64,000 nt of DNA, taken from the NCBI RefSeq assembly GCF_009914755.1, contig NC_060937.1. The stretch is one strand, 5' to 3'. Every line of letters starts with the position of its first letter. Positions within the stretch are counted from its first letter, which is position 1. The notes beneath the pieces are model-generated. The model was given only the letters and a program-made list of their open reading frames with translations. It was not told the origin of the DNA and made no database searches. The translations under genes were made by a program, and so were the position numbers. This stretch comes from the human T2T-CHM13v2.0 reference genome, Homo sapiens. Shown here in pieces: positions 26,357 to 38,523 of this stretch.

Positions 26357-29245
26357 AGTGCCCTATGGCCTTGTTTCTGTCAAGAAAGACATCAAATTCC
26401 TAATGAAAGCTTCTACGTCACCAAGGTCATAAGATGGGAACTTTTCCTCTCTTTCTAATAAAGGGGTGACATTTTCTTTATTGGTTTTACTATGTTCTGC
26501 CATATGTACATGGCTCTGTTCAATATGTTTCTAGATCCACTGCAGTACATTTTACAGAAGTTCATTTTCTAGATTTGTCTGCAACAGCATATGTTGTTTA
26601 AGTGGTAACCTATAACATTCTATAACTGGGAGAGATGAGGAGTAAATTTCTTTAATTTGAATTACATTTTGCTATGTCAAATTACAAAAAGTGTCCAGAG
26701 TACTTGATTTGAAATGTTGTATCAAACCTAGGACCTTTTGTTCGCTGTAGCCTCAGGTAGTCTTTTTACCAGACTTCCCTTGCACTCTAAAGGGTTTGGT
26801 AAAATAAAATCCTATTTGACATGTATGGCCCTTGATGCAGGAGTTTGGCAGCAAAGACTTCAGTTCTTAACATGAAAACAAAAAAGCTAATAACACAAAC
26901 ACTTAATAATAATCAATTACCCAGTGTAATCCAAACTTTTTAACGTAGAAGTTAAAAAGTAGAGTTTTTCAATTAGATTCATATTTTGTGTGTTTATAAA
27001 CAAAAATAATACAAAGAATATAATTTCTGTAATCTGTCAAATGACAACTGTTAGAATATTTGTCAACTCTACTGAATTGATTTAAAAAATTTTTTCTTTG
27101 TACGACAAAGAATAAGAGAAGCTTCTTGTACTTTGGGAGAAAAAATGACTGACTGTAGGAAAATATGTAGCTTCCTTCCTCAAACTTAGTAAAATAAAGT
27201 GAAGTAATTTTCATATTACAGGTGATAGACAATTATATTTTCCTGGACAAATTTTGCACATAATGTCCCTTCAATGTCATAAAAATAATGCTTATACTCA
27301 AAAAAATGGGTATAAAAATGCTTAAACCATGGTAAAACTATTTTGACCCCACTCGAAAAAAGAAGAAAATCTGTGATTTTATGTGAGATATAGTCTTAAG
27401 TTTTATTTTAAGCTAAGTGTCTATCATTAAGCCCATAATTGAAATGAAATATTTTATTTGCTCATTTTCAAGTATTTATACAGCCTTATAAGGCTCAAGT
27501 AAAGATAATGATATCACAGTTTGTAGAAAAATATAATTACTTCACGGGTTTCACTTTTCTCTTTTTGGTTTTCTTCCTTTCATTTTCACAGCTTTGTCCA
27601 TTTTATCAGCTAGGAAATATAAGCTCGAGAGCTTGCATACAAAAAGAAAAGATAAAATGTCACCTCCAGAGCTTTCATCAAAGACAAACTCAAGCTAAAT
27701 ATTCTAACAAAAGGTAAATGAACAATGAACTAAAATATGGTAACAAATATGTAATGAGCTACAAAAAAAATCGATAATTACACTCCAGATCTGTGGAAAT
27801 TATACTTTTCCCGATCCAACCCAGAGACAATTTTGCTGCAGTATTTTGTGAACAGAGCTCTCCGGTGGGAACGGGCTGCAGAGGACATTTTAGTGGGAGG
27901 AAGAGAGCAATAGGAAGAGGAGTATGATTCATGTTCAGCATCTCAAGTGGAGGACAGAGTGCAAGAATTGAATAATGAAACAAAGGAGATATTCAGCATG
28001 CCAGGAAGGTTACTGTTAGAGAGCTGTTAGAATTATTTAAAAAGGTTAGTCTATGAATAAACATGCTTCATCAAGGTCTCTTACACATGCAAAGGGAGAT
28101 GCTAGTGAATAATAAAAGAGTAATGGGGACTGGTGAAGAAATTAATGTTAATCTTATCCAAAGCAGATACAAATTAATATTGGAGCAACATTTTTATAAT
28201 CACTTCTCAAGGCAAAAATTCAATTAATGTGACTATATCAATATTTCAAATCGTAGTCCCTTGAAAGTATACTTGTCTCTCTTCATATGAGCTTGCTGTC
28301 TTCTGTGAATGGCTGTAGCTTATTCTTGTCAATACTTGGGGAAACTTCTAAATGGTATGGTTGGGAGAATTTGGGATCAGTTCTATAAACCACAGTGCTG
28401 TGATGCAGAAGTGCCTTAGGGCACGTTTCAGTTAGGAAGCTCAGTTTAGAGAAGAGTAATTACTCTATAGAAAATAGATATGTAAGCCCAGAACAGTCTG
28501 TCTTGCTTCATTATTTTATTTACTATTTTATGCACATAGTGGGAGAAAGCTGCCTGTGATTTCTGGAAAATCTACATTTTTTATATATCTAGTTTCAGTC
28601 ACAGAATAGGTATAAATATTTACCCTTATAATATTTGTATTTATATAGCATCATATCGAACGAGCACAGGAAAACAAAAACAAAAACAAAAACAAAAACA
28701 CTGCTACCAAAAGGAGACTAGTTCTACCAGTGAGAAAATAATTATATAAACCAGAGTTGAAAGAGATTTCAGGCTGAGCTAAATTTTACCTTTTGTCATG
28801 TCCTTCTTCGATGACAGGAAAAGTGAGTATCTTCCTAGGAATTTTTAATATGACTGATTTTTTTCCATGAGAGATTTATTTTATCTTACAACATTTTCTT
28901 TTGTTGGTAGTCTCTAGATACATTTTATATAGTGAGTGTTTCCCCTTGTTTGGCATACAATATAAATGCCTGTCATAGTTTGTTTAAGGTGTCAGAGACT
29001 TAGAAAAAGTTTATGAAACTAAATGGACTCCAAATAAGTGTTTTGCAGCTGGGCAGAATGTGTTGTTTATGTTGTAATGCCCTGACAAGTTTATATAATA
29101 AGAGGTGCTAACTCCACCATACTATGATAGATTGGACTTGTTTGAGGCATAGTGCTGTAGAAAAATAGGCCTACATGCTGTTGTTTGCAAAACTAACTGA
29201 CGATCCAAAGCAAGTCACCCTATTAAAATAACTGGGCAATCTCAC

Positions 29246-29444
29246 TTCTGTACTTTTAATAGACAGTGTATCATCCCCATAATGAAAGAAACATGAAATG
29301 GTTTCCATATCGAATGAGTTCCCAGAGGTGCTGGGATTTATCTCATTATATAAAGCTTTTCCATCACCGTTGCAATACCTCTTCTCATCTTTGCTTCTCA
29401 TGCGAGTGAAGAATTTTCTCTCAACGGCTTCAGCCTGGCTAAAC
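29246..29444 (-). other. Candidate 199-nt exon (open in one frame, no recognisable homolog)
   Basis: Minus: ttcctcttctgtgcactgcag|G ... acaGAA|gtgaga; frame FSQAEAVERKFF...LSIKSTE is stop-free. Confidence 0.3.
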
Positions 29445-29999
29445 CTGCAGTGCACAGAAGAGGAATATACTGGAGATAAGATTACTTTTTTCCATTTATG
29501 TAGAAAATTATACCCAGTATTTCTGCCTGAAAAGGATCACTCTATGATGTGGACAGCATTCTGCACTCTCATTAAAAAAAGGCAGCCTACAATTTTGTAT
29601 TATTTTATTTTTAAAAGAAGTTGGATACGGCAGGAAAGACTATCTGGGATTTCATGCTGTTAAATTCACCAGGGGGAAAAATCACCACTTGTATATTCTC
29701 CTCAGATTTCTTTGGTCACTAACACTCCAGCGCTGTGCTGATAGCTTCCCATGGCCAGCAATCTTACCACCTGCCTCAATAATTTTGATTGGAGGAAGAA
29801 GGTTAATATGATGGAATAAAATGAACTTTGTCAAGTAATATTAAAGTTCAGTCACTAACTGACAAGCCCAAGAATTTTCTGAGAAAGGATGTTACTGTAG
29901 TCTGTGATTCTGCTTAAATTTCTGTTGCTTATTGTCTTTGGGACAGCCATAATCTCAGAACAGATTTTTTTCTTCTGGTTCCTATGATACTCCTTTATA

Positions 30000-30230
30000 C
30001 CATCATCATCATCATCATCATTATAGCCAATTATTGGGTACTTAAAAATAAATCAATCAGTAAGTTTGATTACTCAATAACACGTCTGTGTATTTTTGTG
30101 ATTATTTTATGTATGAAAATACTGTGTCTTAGAGAGGATAATTAATGTAAGATTACACAAATAATACATGGAAGAAGTAAGATCCAAACCCATTTTTGAA
30201 TCCAAAGCCATGACTTAGAACCATTATTAG
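30000..30230 (-). mobile_element. MIR SINE preceded by (CAT)n
   Basis: catcatcatc run, then attttttatgtatgaaaatactgtgtcttagagagg...gatccaaaccc...tccaaagccatgactt. Confidence 0.6.
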
Positions 30231-30965
30231 CCTCAACAATGCTGTTTGTATTCTGTTGCTCTTCAGGGGTGCTTGTACAAATTTATCCCATTTTTATGTG
30301 CTATACTTAAATTATCAGATTTGATAAAATTCCATTGACAGACAAACATACTCTTTAATAACCCCTCTCCAGGACATCAGGCTTAAGGAACTATGTGGTT
30401 TGATTTACCATGAAGTAAGAAAGAAAAAAATTAATGCTGACTGGTTTATTTTTTGATAAGTAATCAAGTGGTTTAATTTTATTTGAAACTGACTTCCAAA
30501 TGATTCTCTCAGATATATCTTTAAAGGCAAGCAGAGCAGTGAAGTGATATGTATTTCTTTTTCTTTGTTCATTCTATTAATTTTTCACATGACTATATAA
30601 TTTTCTTAGTATTTGTAAAAGGAATTTAAAATTTAACTGGTAATAGAAAAGCTCAAAAGGATGCACAGTCCCATTATTGCTTTTTACGTTGATCTAAGGA
30701 GACAGATAGATGTGAGATAAATGAAGCAAAACAAAATGACAAGAATTTAACTCCCTAATTAAGAAGGGAATTACTGAACTACCATCAACAGCCCACCGCA
30801 TCTGTAGCAATCAGTGGTCATAGGTCAGAGCTAGAGGAAGGTATTCTCATGTCTTGCAGATAAATTTAATCAATGAAAAAAACATCCTCTTCAAGGTACT
30901 CTGAATCATTTTATGTTACCTACTATGGAATATGTTCTAAATTACATTCCGTGATTCTGTGGATG

Positions 30966-30967
<2 letters not shown>

Positions 30968-31027
<60 letters not shown>
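30968..31027. repeat. (AT)30 pure microsatellite
   Basis: 60 bp of uninterrupted AT. Confidence 0.97.
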
Positions 31028-31029
<2 letters not shown>

Positions 31030-31062
31030 TATTGGTAGGCTACATATAGCCTACCAATAGAA
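31027..31062. repeat. Perfect 16-bp inverted repeat with 4-nt spacer
   Basis: ttctattggtaggcta-cata-tagcctaccaatagaa. Confidence 0.95.
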
Positions 31063-31689
31063 GCCAGCATATAAACTATCCTATTATTTTACTGAATATT
31101 TTTATGTTTGTGATTTCCCAAGATCTGTCTTCTTTTGGGAAATTATTTCTTTCCTGTTTTACATGGTGATAGTTTGACTGCAATTTAAGGTGTATATTGG
31201 CTGTCACTATGCAATTGAAAAGGTCCTTGGCAGTTCCTTTAACAAATCCTTTCTCTTACAACTCCAATAGAAATATGTAATCATAACTCCTCTCCTGGAA
31301 CACTGAATTCTGGACAAACAATGCATTGATGAAAAAAGTGATTGGGTTTTATTTCAACCATAGTACCGTGGTGAATGAGAATTCCTGCTCTAATAATTTC
31401 TGAAACTTCTAGGAGTCTTCCATGCTCAGTTTGTTATTTTTATCTCTGCATTTTTCAGCTCTCTGGTATCTTTCCAATTAATTCCATGTTTGCTTCAATT
31501 GGGTCACCTTCCATTGCTTGCATCTAAAAACAATTAATGGCTAAAATTCAAAAAGTAAAATAGCAAATAGACAAATTCTGTCGATAACCAGATAGAATTT
31601 GTGTTTTATTAAGACAATTCCATTCCTAAATCACAACGTATTAAGTTAAAGAAGAAGCCAATTTGATGATCATATTCATTATAGCTAAT

Positions 31690-32352
31690 TTATTTTCCCT
31701 ATCTAATGAAACAACAAGTCTAATGGCACATTCCTCTAAAATGTATTTTATATCTAGCTGTTGTTCTCTATCATTACTGCCAAAAACCTGGTCCAAGGCA
31801 ACATTTTCTCCTAGGTTAGCAGGTGCAGTATCTTTTAATTTGCTCTCCATTTTATAAAGTCTCTATTTCAGTCTAAAACCCATTTGATACCTAAGAAAAT
31901 AATTTTAAAATATAAGTTCCATAATTTCGCTCCCCTGCTTAAGTTTCTTTGATAGCTGCCAATTGTACTTCAGATAAAAGCCAAACTTCCAAGCTCAGCA
32001 AAGGCCTGGATAATCTAGCCCATGACTCACTCTTAAATTTCAAATTGTATAATTCTCTTTCATAATACCTCAAGCTTTCTGTTCCCAAATTAAATGCAAC
32101 TCTTCAGAAAATTCTTGCCTTGCTAATCTGTTTTTACTTATGTGCCCTTGTTTGTTTACTTCATTCCTTTTATCGTATTTTAATAATATAGTTTATTTTA
32201 TAAATATTTATATGATATAGTTTATTTTTTGTGCATTTGCTAGAATGTAAGATCCATGAGGGCACATTATTATTAAATACATGCCCAGTGGTAAGTACAA
32301 TGCTAACCACTAGCAGCATCTTAATAAATACTTGGTGTATAAATAAATGCAT
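31690..32352 (+). mobile_element. L2 LINE 3' portion
   Basis: ctggtccaaggcaacattttctc...ctagaatgtaagatccatgagggca...ttaataaatacttggtgtataaataaatg. Confidence 0.75.
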
Positions 32353-33664
32353 ATTTCTATGCAGATCAGAAGTGAATTGCTTTCCTTATGATAACACAAC
32401 TTATTTTCCTCTTTTCCTTAAAGTGAAAGTACTTTTTCTAAAATTCCACATTTGATGAAAGCACACGTTTAACTGCTTGAAAATTTTTTAGAAACCTTTA
32501 TGTAAGCTTGTCTTTTACAGAATCTAAAATGAATAGTGTTTTGAAGTGTTAATTCCTATTTCCTTTGTTTTATATAACAGTAATAAGATTAAAATGAATA
32601 CAGTATAAGCAGAGAATAGGCTTATAAAATACTTATTGTGTCAAGGGAAACCTAACAAATGTTCCCTTTACCTGTAAAGCTTTTCTGTGTTGTGAACACA
32701 ACATTCCAAGATCTCACACAGGCGGCGGAATGCTACATTTGTACTATTATGTGCTTTGTCAGTCAGACAAATCCCCATTTTGTTTCTCAGAACAATGCAA
32801 CCTGAGAACTTTCACTGAAATTGTTATTGAGTTAGAAGGAGAGGGTACCCAACCTTTTGAGTGAAATACCTCAAGTTTTCCACTTTGAGGCAATTAAGAT
32901 GTAATTAGAACTTTGCAAGACAGATAATTTCAGTGGAACTTTCAACAAATTTCCTATTAAAACAATATAAGAAACCCTGTGCTCCTCTCTTTGCATTCCG
33001 GGGATACTAATATGCTCAAAGGAAGAAAACACAGGCAGTACTGAACTAGTGAGAAAATAATACTCCCAGAATACAAATTAAAAAAAAATTAAAACCTTCT
33101 ATAAGTAAAATGTGGACTTCGATTTCCACTTGAAATATAATTTTCACATTTAAGTTGTAATCAAATGTCAAATATAATACAATATGCTGTTAAGTAAATC
33201 TAGCCTGGGCAAGACAATTAATGTGGAAAAAATCTATTAGTCTTTTATTTCTCTTTGTTAGAAAAATATGGTGCAGATATTATTTCTAGGATATAAGTAT
33301 GTAAAATCTTATTTCGGGGAATGGAAGGAGAGGACACTGACAGTCTCTGTTTTTGTTTTTCTCTTTAGTTTTCTGATCAGAGCACTTAATCTATAATGTT
33401 ACTATTTATAAATAAAAATAATCTAGTTTATAAAGATGATACAGATGATTAGTTTTTCACATAGGTGACACAGATGTCCTAAATCCAACAAGCGTTATTA
33501 AATATCTTCTATAATAAGGCATTGAGCAGTGGAGTTTTTCAAAGACATAAAGCCTCTTCTCAAGTAACTCTCGATTTACCAGGCTGTATAACAACTGCAC
33601 CTATGGGAGAGGCACTTGGGTTGCTAAAAGAGTAATGAGGGTAATCGCTTGGAGATCAAGGTAA

Positions 33665-33780
33665 AATGCAGATTCTATTTCAGTAGATTTGAGGTGGAGC
33701 CCAGAATCTGTATTTCTAATATGCTCCAAACTAATGCTGATGATGTTGCTGGTATACGGATGAAACTTTGAGTGGAACTG
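33665..33780. mobile_element. MER5-type hAT DNA transposon fragment
   Basis: gattctatttcagtagatttgaggtggagcccagaatctgtatttctaat...gctgatgatgttgctggt...actttgagt. Confidence 0.75.
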
Positions 33781-34987
33781 AAATGGGTCTCAAAGAGTGG
33801 GCCTTCTCTTGACCAGAAAATTGCTCTTATAATAAATATCTGTGAGATGTTGAGTGGAGATATTCTAAAAACATGCAAACCATGTTAGTAAGGGAAAACA
33901 GGTAAGAAATGTGCCATTTCAAACAGAAATTGATGAGTATCATGAATCTTTTTGGAGTGAAGAATATTGACCACTTGCTATGTGCCAGGTAATGTGCAAA
34001 GTTTTATTATGCATAGTGGGTACATTGCAGGATTTACCGCTAGTTAGTGCAAATGTATAATTTTAAATGTAATAACCAAAACCACCATCTTCTTAGAAAA
34101 TGAAATCATTTTCCAGGATTTCTCTTCTCTGATAATCCTGAGAACCTCCAGAGATGTTTACATATATATATACGAGGTGATTTGTGAGGTCTTATTACAA
34201 ATATAATTATTGCCATCCTGCTGTTTGCTATTAAGTCCCTGCCTCTTTCCTTTTAGCCATAAGAAAAGCCCTTTCTGCTTCTTGTAATCTGACCTTCAGA
34301 AGCTCTTCCTACAGCAGAGTGATTAGGTACCAGTACTAAGAGAAACTGAGAGGAGAAAAGGACCCAGGTGGATCCTGGGTTGGAGTGGCCAAGCATGCCC
34401 CGTACATTTTAGCTGTAATCTTTCTGTACCCTGTGGCTCAGTCTGGCCCTTTCTTCTAGAGATTTCTCCCAGATTATTGGCTCCTTATTCTGTCCTTTCA
34501 TCTGGCTTCTTTCAACAACTTCTTGTTCTCAGGTAAGTCTGTTAATAAGGATAAGTTCATGTTCTTTCACACTGTGTTTCTGGACGTGTATAAATTAACA
34601 CTTGGGGCTAGATAACATTGCAGTGAACTTGTCTATAACAATCTGTAACATTTTTTAATGCTAGAAATATCTATTATATACAAGAGATTGGTCTGTTTAG
34701 AGCACAAAGACTTCTAAGAAGTGGTCATTGTGTAATGCTGCCCCACTGGTCTATCTGAGTCTTATCTCTGGTTCAAGCACATTAACTTCTCACCTGTGCA
34801 CTATCACTTAATACAACAATCATGTAAGTTTAGATATTATCTCAATTTCAAGCCACATTTTAGCATGTCAAGCAACTAAACCTCAAGAAAATTAAATAAT
34901 TTTTACAAAGTCAGATAGCTAGTAAATTATAAAGCCAAAATGTTTACCTGCTTGGAAAATAATTCCGATACTAGTAAAACACCTAAT

Positions 34988-35398
34988 TGATATGGTTTGG
35001 ATCTGTGTTCCCATCCAAATCTCATGTCAAACTGTAATCTCTAATGTGGGAGGTGGGGCCTGGTGGGAGGTTTTTGGAACTTGGGGGTTTAGCACCATCC
35101 TCTTGCTGCTGTTCCTTTGATAGTGACTGAGTGAGTTATCCCAAGATCTGGTTGTGTGAAAATGTGTAGCACCTGCCTCTCCCTCTCTTTTGCTCCTGAT
35201 TCAGGGATGTGACATACTTACTCCCCCTTTGTCTTTCGCCATGATTGTTAAGTTTCCAGAGGCCTCCCCAGAAGCTAGGCAAAAGCCAGCATCATGCTTC
35301 CTGTACATCCCGCAGAAGTGTGATCCAATTAAGCCTTTCTGTATATATTATCCAGTCTCAGGCATTTCTTCATAGCAATATGAGAATGGACTAATACA
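34988..35398 (+). mobile_element. MSTA-like MaLR solo LTR
   Basis: tgatatggtttggatctgtgttcccatccaaatctcatgtc...gaatggactaataca; TSD ctaat/ttaat. Confidence 0.9.
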
Positions 35399-35399
35399 T

Positions 35400-35620
35400 T
35401 AATATTTCTTATGTGTTTACTCAATGCTGGTTCGTGTTCTAAGCACTTCACATGTGTTAAGTCATTTATTTCTCACAACAAACCAATGAGGTAGAAATTT
35501 TATGCATGAGGACATTGAAGCACAGAGGTTTGTTTAAAGATCGCATACTAGGATATGACAGAACTAAGATTCAAGCTCAGGCATCATGGCACTAAAGCCA
35601 CACTCTTAACCACTACCTTT
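35400..35620 (-). mobile_element. MIR SINE
   Basis: ttctaagcacttcacatg...ctcacaacaaaccaatgaggtag...gaagcacagagg...gattcaagctcagg...ctcttaaccactac. Confidence 0.75.
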
Positions 35621-35942
35621 CAGTTTTTCTATGAAAGATATATTAATCTTAAAGTAGAGATATAAGATTAGGGTAATAGGTTATGAATAAAATATAACCT
35701 AACCAAAACTGCTGGATAATGGCAACTATGTGTAGAAAAGTATGAATCAGCTGATTAGAGATACTTTACCACAGTGAAAATTTTGGCCATGAGATGATGA
35801 GGGGGTCAGTATCTGCAGTGCCAGTCAATTGAACTGAGTACACAAAAGCATGGGGACCAGACAGGAGAGTGGTACTGGAGGGACATCAGCTGAGAGAATT
35901 GCAAGGAAGGATGTGAATTGGCAAAGCTGAAGAAAGGATCTC

Positions 35943-36255
35943 TTTTTAAATTTTTTTTCTTTTTTTGTGTGTATTTTTATTCAGATAGGGTCTCACTCTG
36001 TTTCATAGGCTGGAGTACAGTGGTACAATCATAGCTCACTGTAACCTCAAACACCTAGGTTCAAGGGATCCTCCCACCTCAGCCCCCTGAGTAGCTAAGA
36101 ATACAAGCACACACAACTACATCTGGCTAATTTTCTGCAGAGATGGAAACTTGCTATGTTGCCCAGGCTTGTCTTGAACTCCTATCCTGAAGTGGTCCTC
36201 CCACCTCAGTCTCCCAAAATGCTGGGATTATAGGTGAGTGCCACCATGCCTGGCC
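35943..36255 (-). mobile_element. AluJ-like SINE with TSD
   Basis: Diverged reverse Alu; flanks tgaagaaaggatctc (35928-35942) and tgaagaaagaatctc (36257-36271). Confidence 0.92.
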
Positions 36256-38186
36256 TTGAAGAAAGAATCTCAAATGAAGAATTTTTAGGAACTAAAGATT
36301 GTGTTGAGAGTATGGACGGACCCCTGAGTGTTGGTCTGCATTCAAGTTTAATCTCTCCCAACCAGGGTAAAATCTGCTAAAAATTGCAGTTCCTGCCTCC
36401 AGGAATTTGCCTCTTGATTTTTAAAATAATCATAAGATGAGAGACTGAAGTATGATTTTTAAATCATCATGACACTGGGAATAGGCCAAATGAGAGAAGT
36501 CAAGGTGTGAACTGTTATAAATTATGAGGAAGAAGAGAGCCCACTGGTAGGGCAACGGAAAATTCTGTGAGCAGAATTGGTAGAGCAGTGCAAATTTCTC
36601 ATTCACAAAAATGAGACAGAGAGATTAATTGAAGTTGGAGATACACCTTTCATCTGCCACTTCCAACATCTCCCATTAGAGTTATTCTATTTGGTCTGAT
36701 GGTATATTTGACCCTTCGATTAACTATTTTAGCCAGTTAATAAAGTATCTCAGCTTCTATTCCACTCTTCAGCAGTATGTGATGATGGGGCTGGAACTGC
36801 CAATAACATTTGTTTTCCTCTTACCTCCCTAAGGCAGAATCCTTTTTTTAAAGCTTCTATGCTTCAATCATGTTGACCTCTTCTCTGCCCTGGGGTAAAA
36901 GCTACACCCTGTAGTTGCCACCTCTGTGATAGCTAGCTCTCTTTTTTTACTCTTCAGTACCTATTCAACAATGTTCATATACATAGACTTGGTTAGAAAA
37001 ATGTGATTTCTGTCTTTTAACTAGACTCAGACTGAAACACTACATGCATGGCTTTGAAAAATACCAGAGACAATTTTCTTGTCACTAAAAAGATTTTTTT
37101 TTTTTCTGGACAAAACCAAGGTTCCTGTCAGCTATAAGTTCTATGATGTCTTGTATGGCCTTCAGAGTTTGTCTCTTGAAAAAATGCACTTGCTGATAAA
37201 ATGGGTAAAGGAAAAGGCCTGGACATCTTACTTGGCTTCTACTTACTGGTGGGTTTACAATGGTTATCAGACTAGCTAATAGTCCCCATCAAAGACACTA
37301 TGCATCTCAGATCATAAAGATAACATAAATTCTCAGTCAATTTCAATGAAATCCAGAGCAACAAACACGAGATACATGCATTGTTGGGGCAGAGCCTTGG
37401 ATGCCCACTAGGGAAGGGAAGCTCAAGTCAGAACCTGAGACATAATAACTAAAGAATTTTTTTAAATGTTACTACTTTGCTATCATTTATTGAATACAGA
37501 CTTGATACATGCCAATCCCTTTACTCACCTTTAATACACACAACAACTCTGTCTTGTTTTTGAATTTTTTCATTACCCACTTTTTACCAATGATGAAACC
37601 CAGGCTCATAGAAGATAGCTTGCCTATTATCCATAAAAGGTAAAAAGGGCTGTGATGCTCCAAAGCTCATTATCTTGATCATTATACTTAATTTCCAGTC
37701 ATGAAAGTGCTGGGCCAAGGAGAGTTTGAGGACTATTAATGGGGCCAAAAGACAAATTATTAAGAGAAAGATATTAAGTACAAGTGTTATAAACATCCAC
37801 TTCTGGTTCTCACTATATCTTCACTGTGACTTTTGCATGTGAATATGAGTTATATGACTTTTAACCTATCATGGTTTTATAATTTTTTATATCCTCAAGT
37901 GCAAATTTCTTATCAATGATGACATTCAGAAACAATACCAAAGAAGGTTCAACACCTAAAATACATACTGTAATGTGAATGTTTTTATTTCATTCTTAAA
38001 ATCTAAATATTAATATTTTATATCTGCATGTGAATTTGTTGATACCCCTGTTAAATTTTGATTTAAAATAATCAGTTTAAAATCCCTTATAGCTACTTCA
38101 AACGACTCTCAGTTTGTTGGCAAACTCAAAGAAGAGATTGATCTAGACATAATTATACTCTTTAGTCTTAGATAAATGACGATTAA

Positions 38187-38523
<337 letters not shown>

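Noticed and set aside
36740-37040. Possible very old LTR33/LTR16-like remnant (and an MLT-like remnant at about 31.1-31.5 kb)
   Set aside because: Too diverged to call by eye
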